A stretch of 56,007 nt of DNA from Intoshia linei (Eukaryota; Animalia; Orthonectida), in contig LWCA01000093.1 in NCBI GenBank assembly GCA_001642005.1, forward strand, positions 1 through 56,007, in the 5' to 3' direction. How positions within the stretch are numbered: the stretch's first letter is position 1; each line of letters starts with the position of its first letter. The notes beneath the pieces were generated by a model. That model was not told the origin of the DNA and made no database searches. It saw nothing but the letters and a program-made list of their open reading frames with translations. The translations under genes and the position numbers were made by a program. Shown here piece after piece: positions 41,101 to 50,439 of this stretch.

Positions 41101-44100
41101 AGCAATAATAGTTCAAGAAGAAAATCGAATAAAACAAATTATAAATTCTTATAATTTCAGAATTTCAGGAATGTTTGGTTCAGCAGCTATAATTAGTGGA
41201 TTGCAAGTATATCTTGGGCCATATGATTCATTGTTCAGAAAAAAGATATTGTCTATTTTTTGGCCAGCTTGTTTGAGGGAATTTGGTTTATCATTGGAAA
41301 TTGATCATATAGATTCCGTGTATGGTCGTAAATTAAATTGGTACATACCACAATTGAAAACATGTTCTATATATGGAGCTCCTAGCCCAGTTTCAACTAT
41401 ATCTAATTCAGTGAATATAGAGTCTGTATCTAGTGGTCAGTTTTTTAGATCGATGTTATCAAGTATGAATCAATCAAAAAGTAACTTAAACTCTTCTAAT
41501 AGATCAGAAAATATTAATAATTCAACACCATATGATATTGATGAAGCGTGCCAATATTTAGATAAAAATGAAATTAATAATAAATCTGCCATAACAGATC
41601 ATCAATATGAATGTTTTCTTGTCGAATTGATACAATTTCAAGTTCCATATATTGTATATTCCAATTGGTTGACAAAAGGATATTCATTAAATGAAATGTT
41701 AAGTTTGTGTATTATTTGGAATGGAAAATTAAGGTCAGCTATTTTTTCAAATGCTCCTCGGCACATTATAGAAGAAGTTAAGCAATGGTTTGATCAAAAT
41801 AGTGTACAAGAATTCCAATTTACAGGGAGTAACATGGACATTTTGCTTGTAGACATTGAAAAGAGTATATCATCTGGTAAAACATTATTTTTAAACGCAG
41901 AGACAAATCAAATTGATAATATTTTACTTCCCATTCTCGTGTATGAAAAATCTCAAAGTGAATATAAAAATATGGTTTCGATTATAAATTTAAGAAACCA
42001 TGAAATTATTTATAATCATAATTTTAATTTAATATTAAATATCAGAGATAATTATACTCTTAAAAATTGTAACAACTCGAAATATAAACACAAACTATCT
42101 AACGTAGCAAAAGTTACATGTAATGTTATTGATTTTAAGATGTCCGTCACTGATTTATATGAATTTTTTTCAAATTATATTTTTAACAATATATTTCCTG
42201 AAATAATTTTAAAAAAAAAAAAATTATTGCAAAACGTAAATACTCTAAAAATGTATATGGAAATGTGTCATCAAAACATTTCAGATATTATTGATACTAT
42301 ATTTATCGATATGAATGTAAATTCTCACAAAAATGAGGCAATCGATCAATCCATTCATAAAATTTATGAAAAAAATATTCGTAAATTTAATAAAAAATTT
42401 TTTGAAATTGAACGTATACTGAAAAAAAAACATATTGCTTATGAAAACCACACCAGAGAAAAGAATACTCTAGTTATAATTGATGAGTATAAAAATGAAC
42501 TCAGAATTATTATTCATTGTTTTACTTATTTTTATCTACTCCTGCAGTCTTTTTCAAAAGTTAATGTCATGTACAAATATTCTCTCGTTAATTATTTGGA
42601 AATGGTACACCGCTTTTGTACTATTGTTAAAAAATCTTCTATTTTCAAAAATTTGGATATACCATTGGGATGTGAGACGGAAAATGCAAAAAAACAATTA
42701 AATGATAATGATGCTTTTGATATTCAAAATGATAGCTTATTTGATAATAGTACAGGTGAAGTTGATACTTCTCATGTTTCCAGTCCATTCGATCAAACAT
42801 CTTCTTTTAAGTCTGCTGATTTTACTCAGATAAATGAAAATTTCACTACGACGGTATTGAAACAATTATATTGTTATCTACTAACAGAATATGAAGCTAG
42901 TTTTACAGTACAAGATTTTAAATTTTTTCAAATAATTTCTGGTGCTATTTTGTTTCATTTATTAGATGAAATTTCTTCTGATGAATTGAATATTGTAGCT
43001 TATGGTATGAATTTACAACTTTTAATTAAATTATATATTTTTGGAAACATATCTGTTCAAAATAATGAATTATTAAAATATAAATTAGGCTTAAATAAAT
43101 ATAGCAATTTAATATTTAGCTAAAATAAAATTGAAATAAAATAAAAATAGAAAATAATGAAACGTGAATTTTTTAATTTTTGATTGATTTTAGTTTAACA
43201 ATTTTGCCATTAATTAAACAGTATCAATTATTTAAATTAAAAATTGATTTATCATTTTACTAACTTCAATAACTAACTAAAATAACTTCAATAATATATT
43301 AATTTTATATACACGTTCAGTTACGAAAATGTTATTATTGATTATCACCATCCTATTAAAACAGTGATCTCCAAACCTGTTTTACCATGAACCCATAATT
43401 TCACAATAAATTAAATTTATACGATTAAATAATAAAATTAAATAAATTGTAAAGATGTGGTTACTTACTTTTTGTAGCTTGAATAAAATCATTTAAAGAT
43501 TGATTTTCTAAAATTTCTTGGACGGTTGTTTTTGTAAATTATGATTACACACGCAAACAGAAAAAATTTGCATTTAATTTAATAAGAAAAGAAAATTGAT
43601 GAATCATTACTTTAATTTAAATTTTAACTATATTATATTTTTTAATTGATTAAAAGACTTTATCTAAAGCTAAATTTAGGCGTAAAATATATATACGATG
43701 ATAAGTTAACTCTTGATCATTTTGAAATGGACGGAAATCCGCCAACATGGTTAAATGCGGAAAAATGGCAAAAAATACTATCATTATCAAGATTAGACGG
43801 AAACTTCAATTTAATTTGTGAACAATTTATTGAAGGTAGTCCTAATGAAGCAATTTGGAAAGAATGGTACATGAGTTCAGAACCGGAAAATGATGTATTC
43901 GTAGAACCGCGTGAAATTAAATCAAATGCAGACCATGATATATTTAATATTGGTGGTTGGAATATATTTGAAAAATTAATACTAATAGAAGCAATACGAT
44001 TTGATAGATATAAACATATGTTAAATAATATGTCGCAGAATCTAAAAAATTATAAAAATTCCAACATTTTTATTTTTGATGATAATCAAAATGAATCAAA

Positions 44101-46744
44101 TGAAAAAAACGAAAATGTTGCTAGTGATTTTTCAATTAATATGATCAATAATAATACGATTCAACTCATAATTGATAAATATGATAATGTAAATGATGTC
44201 TCATTAATTTTAAACAGAATTTCTGAAAAATTATCTATCAAATGTGAAAAATTTTCTTTGATAGATTTATCATTATCATTTTATTATAAAGAGAATGTAA
44301 AAAAATTTTCAAACTTGAAGTCATTGATACTTGAGAATAAATGGATTATTATTGAAAATTTTGAATATATTAGTAGAGACAGTTTTAATGAACTGAGAAA
44401 TATAATTTCAGAAAATACTCAGTCGATATTTTGGATAATAAAGAATGAATTTAATTCTACAAGTTTAATAGAAAAAAATAATTGGATTGATTTTAAATCT
44501 ATCAGTATTAAACTAATTTTGAAAAAATTTGAAAATAAGGATATTGATATTGATGAGGATAATTTTTTCATTATATTGACAAATTATGTTTCTAAATACA
44601 AAATGATATATAGTAGCGATAATTCCAATGATAATATTGGAGTAAATGAAATGAATTATATATCTACGTATTCTTCTAGATTGGTTTATTTTGTTTTTGT
44701 TTTATATGTAATTGTTGAAAAAATGTTAAAAAATTCCAAAAATTTTATATTTGTCAATAATATTTATTCAAATTTTTATATTATTCCTTACGCAATTAAT
44801 TTATTGTACACATTCATTATTAGATTAAAATATGATACCAAAGAAAGTCAAGAATTTAATGAAACTGTTGGACAGGAAAACGTAGCACAACAGCAAAATC
44901 TTGATATCTGCAGTCTTGATAAAACTATTAAACAACAATTTATTGAAATTATGAATAATTGTTTTGTTAAATTGGTACATGACTATGATGAAATAATTAT
45001 CCGGTACATTGTTAATGAAATGGCTGATAATATAATAGATTATAATATGATAAATATATTAAATACGTCATTATGTATGCCGGAGGTTACAGATGATTTC
45101 GAAAAATGGTTATATAATATAACAGATGATTTTTCAATGGATAGATTCATTACTGATCAATATGATAATGATGAAAAAAATCAAATTAAGTTGGCAGAAT
45201 TATCCTCGAATGAACATTTAAATAAAATTGGAATTATTTCTTCTTGCTTGAAATGTGATAATACTCCTGAATTAAAAATCAATTTTATGCAACCTGATGC
45301 AGCTGTTATTAATTTAATACCATATATAGGAATACTAATGAATTTCTTCAGTGATATTTTAGAAGAACTTCCAGAACAAATGTATATGTTTGATGGGGGT
45401 ACATACACTAATGAAATTGACAAAAATACATTTTTGTGGTTGAATGACGAAATGAGGAGTTTTAACAAACTAATTTTGAACATTAAAAACGATTCAAAAA
45501 CAATTAAAAAGAAAATTGTTGTTAGTTTAAAACACCTGGATTATAGACAAATGTACATTTGTCGATGCTTAATTGACTTTAATTTACCACTTTATTGGAC
45601 GTACCATGATGAATTCTGTCAATTCGAAATAATGGCGTATATTAAAGTGTTAGCAGAATATAGAAAATTTTTAACAAATTTTAACATTAAATTCAAGAGA
45701 TGTTCAACAAAATGTGGGATAAAAAGTAGAAAGTTTCAACGAGATGACTCATCTGTTAAAATTAAACATCAAGAAAAATCAATTTCAGATATAGACAGCA
45801 TTACAATGTTAAAAGCGGAATTTGGAATTTGTTTTAGTTCTATTGATATGGCTTTCATGACTCAACTAAATCGATTTTTATCACTATATAATACAAGTTT
45901 AGTTATTTACGCTATACCAATAATTTCAAATTCAGTTCTGAATGGACAAAATGTAATATTATCTAATTATTGGTCACGAAATTATCAATGGAATTATGAA
46001 ACAAATAAATTCATTTACAAAAATTTGTTAACCATCTCCCAAAATGTACCTAAACTTTTATTGATTAGTGAAAAGCCAAATGATGGAGAATTTATTCAAA
46101 TTTATGTTTATCGTTCAAACAGTAGAAATGATGTCGTTGCTAAATTTTTATTTAATAAAAATATTTGGAAAACTGGTATCACTTCCAATGATTCAGATAA
46201 TGAAGTTTCCGATCATGCAACAATTCAACCTTGCCTAATTCTTAGCAATTTCGATAAAAAAACAAATTCAATTAAAAAATGTATAAACAAAAAGTTAAGT
46301 TTGGTAATAGAAAATTACAAATCAGTATACTCTAACGTCACCAAAAATAATTTTAGTTCATCTAAAAATAGTGAAAATTACAATGAAAGTTATATGAAAT
46401 ATAATAACAAGAATAAGGAAGTTACTGAAAACAGATATGAAGTAAATAAGTATAATAATGGTAATGTGAGATGTAACAGTGGTAGCGGTGACAGTGAAAT
46501 GAATATTATTGATGATGAAAGTTTCAATGCTGAAAATATCTTAAAAATTCAAAATATGAATACATCGCTAAATTCTATTAAAACAACACATCATCCAGAT
46601 GATGGATTCAAATCTGAACTTGATATTAATGATTTAAAAAGTAGTGAAAATAATGCTTTAGAGTTTCAACATGATTCAATTATTTCTGATAAACCACCTA
46701 CTGAAACTGCTAGTGAAGATTTTAATATTGAAAAAATTTTATGA
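4849..46744 (+). CDS. Divergent axonemal-type dynein heavy chain-like protein, 23 exons, ~5,480 aa, AAA1 catalytically degenerate
   Basis: Exons: 4849-5149, 5973-6187, 6833-6958, 6994-7215, 8508-8656, 10282-10387, 11470-11530, 14251-17970, 19735-19988, 21220-21565, 23902-24045, 24388-24852, 26793-27146, 28447-28628, 28668-28811, 28861-28978, 29435-29737, 33320-33424, 34398-34496, 35470-35858, 37283-40481, 40623-43004, 43680-46744. All introns are GT-AG and all phases match; the total of 16,449 nt is divisible by 3. Dynein motifs: FERLNRFMDRC..IGGTG (DHC_N1), MKTRHWKQI and KRSEFPRLYFVS (DHC_N2/linker), FKWQSSLKYY, KGLCSTGAW, GPTLSGKS, GNPLSGKS, FIDD, NPRFLRHF, MTBD, YLGPYDSLFR, PTWLNAEKW. Small exons could have been missed. 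Confidence 0.9.
5973..6187 (+). CDS. Dynein HC-like exon 2
   Basis: tttag acceptor; DKDLLTFEV..LKHIYLPLQSN resembles outer-arm HC N-termini; donor at 6188. Confidence 0.8.
6833..6958 (+). CDS. Dynein HC-like exon 3
   Basis: ctgtag acceptor; DKITVVSP..MENIVLHWLKVIK (start of DHC_N1); donor aag|gtaata. Confidence 0.85.
6994..7215 (+). CDS. Dynein HC-like exon 4
   Basis: Follows a 35-nt intron; LDEIHVWQ..LLTIKNQL (DHC_N1); donor cgg|gtaata. Confidence 0.85.
7304..8132. mobile_element. hATm-like non-autonomous element or remnant
   Basis: Begins TAGGGTGT and ends TGACACCCT. 7850-8130 matches the TIR arm of the 30511-32600 element (aaacgaagcaagaatttaagttttt; tgtgatctgcattcaaaaatacac). No TSD found. 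Confidence 0.6.
7489..7835. mobile_element. pogo/Tc1-mariner MITE (347 bp)
   Basis: Perfect 24-bp TIR cagtggaatccgcttataagagac / gtctcttataagcggattccactg, TA on both sides, and an internal TIR copy near 7768. Confidence 0.92.
8508..8656 (+). CDS. Dynein HC-like exon 5
   Basis: SEDVLKFL..PILRLIAKMWTYS; phase-2 donor joins exon 6 to give WTYSVYY. Confidence 0.85.
9046..9820. mobile_element. Non-autonomous Helitron fragments (3' end in + orientation to ~9470, then an inverted internal piece)
   Basis: Ends tgccctcggcaaagctag..tgtacgtagtacataacagtcagcgtag|t; the body matches the other copies. Confidence 0.8.
10282..10387 (+). CDS. Dynein HC-like exon 6
   Basis: atatag acceptor; YYHENANVLLQLFANQV; donor at 10388. 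Confidence 0.85.
10745..10805. repeat. Minisatellite, ~22 bp x3
   Basis: Repeats of (ctattg)tgcactgatata. Confidence 0.6.
11470..11530 (+). CDS. Dynein HC-like exon 7
   Basis: tttag acceptor; TWNNVQMALSLCARFRGNYL; donor tag|gtaaat, phase 1. Confidence 0.8.
11710..11860. mobile_element. Kolobok-like MITE (TTAA-type ends, AG..CT termini)
   Basis: TIR agtggccagcaaaatacgtatt / tacgtatttttctggacact|ttaa. Other copies at ~12340-13803 (split), ~34531-34611 (ttaa on both sides) and ~54278-54412. Confidence 0.65.
12472..13782 (-). mobile_element. Internally deleted Tigger/pogo DNA transposon with transposase fragment
   Basis: TIRs cagtagtttcttgtttataaatac / gtatttaataacgagaaactactg with TA TSD. The empty site gatag-ta-cgtatt is visible in the 11710 MITE copy. 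ORF 12862-13341 reads WLSKFKKRF..QIYNSDESAVFYKKSP..PGNKSSKDRL (end of CENP-B HTH and start of DDE_1), fused to a C-terminal piece. Confidence 0.92.
13480..13551 (+). other. Degenerate tRNA-like sequence (tRNA pseudogene or tRNA-derived SINE head)
   Basis: A box TGGCAGAGTGG, B box GTTCGAATC, acceptor-like pairing GTCTAA/TTAGAC, then a T-run. Anticodon and T stems pair poorly. Confidence 0.6.
14251..17970 (+). CDS. Dynein HC-like exon 8 (tail, DHC_N1 to DHC_N2)
   Basis: 3.7-kb open frame; WPSRISTEFERLNRFMDRC, IGGTGSVTL, MKTRHWKQIF. Confidence 0.93.
19735..19988 (+). CDS. Dynein HC-like exon 9 (linker)
   Basis: ILDVVKKSHKDEELENKLKNYEADW matches IxxxAxKExxLExxLxxIxxxW; donor gga|gtaaga. Confidence 0.88.
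20353..20930 (+). mobile_element. Non-autonomous Helitron, 5' portion
   Basis: A|TCCTTACATATATACTATGCTACGCAA..(TG)n start; matches copies at 33735, 36033 and 55036. Confidence 0.8.
21220..21565 (+). CDS. Dynein HC-like exon 10 (linker)
   Basis: FADQIYTWKNNLKIIEEILHIWLK; cgtag acceptor, gtaaat donor. Confidence 0.88.
22270..23540. mobile_element. hATm-family non-autonomous copy with long inverted arms
   Basis: Starts aagggtgtcacat; 22380-22710 and 23050-23340 are inverted copies of the TIR arms of 30511-32600. Confidence 0.7.
23339..23500. mobile_element. pogo-like MITE inserted in the hATm arm
   Basis: TIR cagtcagacttgttgatagtgaac / gttcactatacacaattctgactg; TA on the left, CA on the right. 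Confidence 0.7.
23902..24045 (+). CDS. Dynein HC-like exon 11 (linker)
   Basis: KRSEFPRLYFVSNTTLINVFS corresponds to the canonical KRxxFPRFYFxSxxxLLxILS. Confidence 0.92.
24075..24369 (-). mobile_element. Helitron-family 3'-end element in intron 11
   Basis: a|ctagcttggctgttttgtactacgtaaaaacagcacctag is the reverse 3' terminus; the other end also reads cctag|t. Confidence 0.65.
24388..24852 (+). CDS. Dynein HC-like exon 12
   Basis: LLFPNIKYL..NGDILEL..VDSWLSQLECSVTLAL (end of DHC_N2). Confidence 0.88.
25380..25549. mobile_element. pogo/Tc1-like MITE (170 bp)
   Basis: TA|cagtgatatttcgttctt ... aagagatcgagatatcactg|TA. Confidence 0.75.
26032..26490 (-). mobile_element. Non-autonomous Helitron, 3' portion
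   Basis: a|ctagcttgactgttatgtactacgtacaaacagcacctagctctgccgagggca plus family body. Confidence 0.85.
26793..27146 (+). CDS. Dynein HC-like exon 13
   Basis: Open frame with phase-1 GT-AG boundaries; little recognisable motif content. Confidence 0.75.
27180..28200 (-). mobile_element. Non-autonomous Helitron, ~1 kb 3' portion
   Basis: Collinear with 48282-49445; contains an (agtagt/agtggta)-type minisatellite at ~27835-27895. Confidence 0.85.
28447..28628 (+). CDS. Dynein HC-like exon 14
   Basis: YFKWQSSLKYY corresponds to the canonical FxWxxQLRYY just before AAA1. Confidence 0.88.
28668..28811 (+). CDS. Dynein HC-like exon 15 (start of AAA1)
   Basis: Follows a 39-nt intron; VMTFTFTYQFE (YGYEY equivalent)..IHAIQSYQPLQIGMKQ; donor cag|gtataa. 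Confidence 0.85.
28861..28978 (+). CDS. Dynein HC-like exon 16 (AAA1)
   Basis: Follows a 49-nt intron; MQLLKQLSYAFG..IRNLLKGLCSTG corresponds to KDLGxALG..GxIFKGLAxxG. Confidence 0.88.
29435..29737 (+). CDS. Dynein HC-like exon 17 (AAA1 Walker B region)
   Basis: GAWIAFNNMDEL (canonical GAWGCFDEFNRI); FFRPIDLIQFD (canonical LFRPxAMxxPD). Confidence 0.9.
30511..32600 (-). mobile_element. hAT superfamily (hATm-type) DNA transposon, internally deleted, ~450-480 bp TIRs, 8-bp TSD
   Basis: TSD TTGTACAG at 30503-30510 and 32601-32608; termini TAGAGTG.. and ..ACCCTA; arms 30511-~30990 and ~32120-32600 are inverted copies. Minus-strand transposase relics: DLFDCS..EDIEFLEA, VVVYFDG, VILGV, and ICFDTTTSNTGIYNG..LPCRHHIM. 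Confidence 0.9.
32801..32849. repeat. Minisatellite, ~15 bp x3
   Basis: ttttaagtggtatat / ttttaagcggtatat / ttttaagtgggatat. Confidence 0.65.
32967..33218. repeat. Fold-back of two Helitron 5' ends
   Basis: tcgttacttatataatatgctactcaatatttgtttttgtg.. on the left and ..cacacagacaaataaagcatattatataagtaaaga on the right, inverted relative to each other. Confidence 0.75.
33320..33424 (+). CDS. Dynein HC-like exon 18
   Basis: gtatag acceptor; CFREVSIIVDWFIDVY (GFxxAxxL equivalent); phase 1 at both ends. Confidence 0.78.
33446..33734 (-). mobile_element. Non-autonomous Helitron 3' portion (host of the nested copy)
   Basis: Reverse 3' terminus at 33446; follows the family consensus to agacagaa, then is interrupted. 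Confidence 0.85.
33735..34349 (+). mobile_element. Internally deleted non-autonomous Helitron with both ends intact (615 bp)
   Basis: A|TC 5' end, 3' hairpin (tgtac-gta-gtaca core) followed by CTAG|T, no TSD. The deletion joins at the aaaaatgtg microhomology. Confidence 0.9.
34398..34496 (+). CDS. Dynein HC-like exon 19
   Basis: tttcag acceptor; YLTKLSQDFEFITLSQTII; donor atg|gtattt. Confidence 0.72.
35470..35858 (+). CDS. Dynein HC-like exon 20
   Basis: FKYIIMPRL (NxPKL equivalent); strong donor aat|gtaagt; joins in phase to the AAA2 P-loop exon. Confidence 0.85.
35884..36775. mobile_element. Rearranged Helitron cluster in intron 20
   Basis: Reverse 3' tip (35884-35960), forward 5' part (36033-36240), then inverted internal parts (36241-36270 and 36350-36775). 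Confidence 0.8.
37283..40481 (+). CDS. Dynein HC-like exon 21 (AAA2, AAA3, AAA4, stalk CC1, start of MTBD)
   Basis: IIIVGPTLSGKST, ISGNPLSGKS, VCFIDDIYM, NPRFLRHF, HIISRICRIL..GHLWICAIGSIGKT, LEIRAAQKP. Confidence 0.95.
40623..43004 (+). CDS. Dynein HC-like exon 22 (MTBD, CC2, AAA5)
   Basis: ITWQKGAKRLMSNLERFIEDLISFD, LYKWL..IKPL, YLGPYDSLFR, VNVMYKYSL. Confidence 0.93.
43680..46744 (+). CDS. Dynein HC-like exon 23 (AAA6 and C-terminal region, stop TGA)
   Basis: PPTWLNAEKWQKILSLS, WKEWYMSSEPE, FEKLILIEAIRFDR, KWIIIEN, EMRSFNKLI, LPLYW; Asn/Ser/Asp-rich tail. Confidence 0.92.
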
Positions 46745-46773
46745 AGGTACAAGAAAAAGTACATAGCATGACT

Positions 46774-46798
46774 AATAAATTATTTTTAATTTAATAAA
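46774..46798 (+). promoter_or_regulatory. Candidate polyadenylation signals
   Basis: AATAAA at 46774-46779 and 46793-46798, about 30-50 nt after the stop. Weak evidence in DNA this AT-rich. Confidence 0.4.
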
Positions 46799-48281
46799 TA
46801 TAATCTTTTTATTATACGCATTTAACTATTATTTTTAATTTATTGAGTAGTAGATATCTGTTATTTCAAATTAATAATCATAATAACGCATACGATTTAA
46901 AAATATTAAATTATAAAATTTAATTTTATTATTATAATTATACATATGTATATCATTATACACATATATCTTTTTTCATATCATACGATCATTCTTTTTT
47001 TAGAAGACAGTTTCATTTTTTTTAATATAACTAATGTATTTTCTAAACTTTTTATTTAAAAAAACATTTTAACTTTAAAAAAACTACCATTTCAATGTAA
47101 ATATTTAGTCAAAATATACATTTCAATGCATGAAATACAATAATCATATGGAGTTAATTATTTAATTTAATTGGTATAAACATATATTTTTAATGTATCT
47201 TGGAGAGTACAACACTCGTGCAATAATTCAATAATAAAAATTATTTTATGAATATTTGAACTAACAATTCACTGATTGTTTTTTATTTATCAATTGAAAT
47301 TATGACAAGAAAAAATATATAACAAATCTGTTCGAGATCGAAATAAGTATCATGAATTTTGTATCAATTCCAAAGAAATTCAATTTAGCAAAAGAAAAAA
47401 AATTTTTATTTACTTAACAAATTGAATTTTATTAATTTACAGTTTATTAGCGAGTATATTTAATTAAGCAAAGATAGACGGCCTGTAAAATAATTTAATA
47501 GTTTTAATATTTTTTATATAATGTATACATTACAGATAATTTTTATTGATTATATAAAATAACATTAGCACGAATATATTAATAATAAAATGAAATACAA
47601 TCTAGATTATAATTATATTTTTAAATAATACGTATCCATAAATACAAAACTTACTGACTAATAGTAAAGAAATAAAAAGGTATATAGTTAATAGTTATTA
47701 TTTTTTTACTAATCTTCATATATTAAAAAATGCTTTACTAACTAGAATTGATAATACATGAAACAGATAATATAGCTATTGACGAGTGACTGCATATTTG
47801 ATATTGTCTATATAATATACCTACCCGAGATGATATACCCAATTAAAAAAGTAACGTATTTATTATGACTAATAGGGTGTCCACTTTTGATTTTTTTTTT
47901 TATGTTAGAAAACCCATTTTGCATTATTATGTGTATGCCTTTTTTGATTTTAAACATTTATCGCCTAAAAAATATAATTGTTTCATATTTACCTTGCCCT
48001 CAAATAAAATTATTGAAATTCATACTAAAATGTAGGATAAATTTAAAATATAACTTTATTTTATGTATAATCAACTTTAATTTTGTTTCTATGGATAATT
48101 ATGTTGGTAATTCCTTTTATGTGATTATCATGCTTTGTGGACCATTTTTTTTAAATTGATTTCTAGCTCATTTATTTGCGTTTTTAATGATTTTTGAATT
48201 CTCCACAATTAACCCGAAAAACCTATAATAAATATTTAAACACATATAAATATACTACATATATACACATATATAATACTA

Positions 48282-49445
48282 CTAGGTGGACTGTTATGTA
48301 CTACGTACAAACAGGACCTAGCTCTGCCGAGGGCATATTTTTATAATACTTAAAAAATTATTTCACGTCTAAAATCTAATTTAAAAATCCTACTATTCAC
48401 TATTATCAATACTTTAAAAAAGTGGTTCCCAAACTTGTTTCAGGTGGCACTGTCATATCACATTACTTTTTACTTTAAAGTGAATTATTCCATCTTAATT
48501 TTTTTAACACATTTGTGTAAATTATTAAAAACAATTGTTATCCCATTTTTTTACTTTATTAGACAGAATGTGTGTATAATATTAAAAATAATGTAAAAAC
48601 AGTCCAATCTTAAAAATTTCATAAATAGCATGAATTCCAGAAAAAATAAAAGTATAAAAACCTATTTTGTCATTTTCAATGTAAGAATATAATCACTACC
48701 AATTTAATAAATAATCAAAAAAACCAATTATGTATCAATAATTAGCGGAATCACCACTTTATCAACATATTTAAGGTGAATTTTACCAACATTGCAATGG
48801 ATTGTAATAAATACAAAAATGATAATAATAATGATGATAATAACAAAGTTGTATTACTTTTAGTAATCGTTGTTGTAGTTTTAATTTAAATTTTATACAA
48901 AATGTTTTAAAAATAAAAATTTGAGATTTAAAAATTGCGTAGCAATGAAAAAAATTCCAAAGGAATGAATTATATAAATTTTCACCCATATTTCTTTATT
49001 GAAAATGAGTAGACTATCAATGTACATTTTTTTTGAAATTGTAGGATCAATAATTAAATTCTCAATTTTTATTTTAATCAAAATATTTGAAAAATATTGG
49101 TTGATAAAATATAAAAAATTATTTTTCATCGGGAATGCGTAGATTCCTCGGGTTTAACTTTTGTATTTATATCAAATGGAATGACCTCTATCAGCATAAT
49201 CGTTTTTGTGATTTTCGGACAGTTAATTATTTAATTTTTTTTTTTAATAAAATATATCGGAAAAAAAATATTTGAATATTAAAATGCTTTTTTGACCGTG
49301 AAGGCGACATTATTCAGATTGAAATTTTTTGTGTGTGTTAACAGGATACAACTGTACCACCTGATTAAATTCTAGGGCTGTTTTCATTAAAAAAAAATGG
49401 GTAGTTTGGTGTTTTAGCCCTGAAGATATATTATTTTTTTAATTT
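48282..49445 (-). mobile_element. Longest continuous Helitron copy (5' truncated)
   Basis: Reverse CTAG/hairpin terminus at 48282; overlaps the 5'-type copies, giving a consensus of roughly 1.5 kb. Confidence 0.88.
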
Positions 49446-50094
49446 ATAAACAAAGAAAATTGGGGTTATTAATCTTGAAAAACTTAATTTATGAAATTGA
49501 AAAATCACTCTGGAATAAGTGTTATAAGAATTAAAAATTAGTAAAATTTGACTTTTGTTACTTAAATAAACTCAACTAAATAAATAAAATAGCATAAATT
49601 TTTAATCACTATACTATATGTAAATAAGGATAATCTGGATAGTTATGATTTCAGTAATTTTGATAATATATTTACTGCCTAAACGTTTTTAATTTACATA
49701 TAAATGTTAATATGAATATTATAGGTTTTACTATAATAAACACTTACAATCTTAGTAATATATTTATTAATGCTAGAATAACAGCGATAATAATTTTAAA
49801 AATCTAAATTCATCAAAACACAATTAGTGAAAATAATAAATTAAGTTCTATAAATATTTATGAGTCATGTTTGACATGATAAAAAATATGTTTATATCAG
49901 AATACACAAAATTAATATTATAATCTCTCTGACAAGTAAATTCATCATTATCGTTATTTAATAATTGCGAAATTATTAGAAATGACCGATAATTTATTCA
50001 AATCTATATTAAAGTTTTATAAATGACTTATATATATATAATAAAACATATCTATAATTGGTAACCTCAAAAAAATTTCACGATAAAAACCCAG

Positions 50095-50338
50095 ATTACC
50101 CATTTTTAAAAATTTGACATAAACGTTAACAAAATAAAATTAAGATGTAATAATTCACTTTAAATTAAAAGGTAATGTGATATAACGGGTCAAAGTATAA
50201 CAAGATTGGTATGTTCCTTTAAATGATCGATAATAGTGAATAGTAACATTTTTAAATTAAATTTTCTTATTGAATTTATTTTTCTGGTAGAATAAAAGTT
50301 CCGCCCTCGGCAAAGCTAATATGCAACAGTCAAGCTAG
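50095..50338 (+). mobile_element. Diverged Helitron 3' end
   Basis: ..aattcactttaaa..gataatagtgaatagta..gccctcggcaaagcta..aacagtcaagctag|t. Confidence 0.7.
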
Positions 50339-50439
50339 TATAAAAATAAGATAAAAAAACACTTGATGTAATTGGTTTAATTAAACTATTAGTCAATTCC
50401 AATGGCAAATCCAATAGGGATAATATTTTTACAGCATTG

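Noticed and set aside
4849-46744. Assigning a symbol such as DNAH9/DNAH17 or DNHD1, or calling the gene a pseudogene
   Set aside because: Too divergent to assign orthology by eye. The uninterrupted 16.4-kb frame and intact splice sites argue against a pseudogene.
48783-49129. ORFs inside repeats (also 22501, 23406, 25425, 34258, 47887, 54760, 55472)
   Set aside because: Chance low-complexity frames within MITE, Helitron or other AT-rich sequence; not conserved as ORFs between copies.
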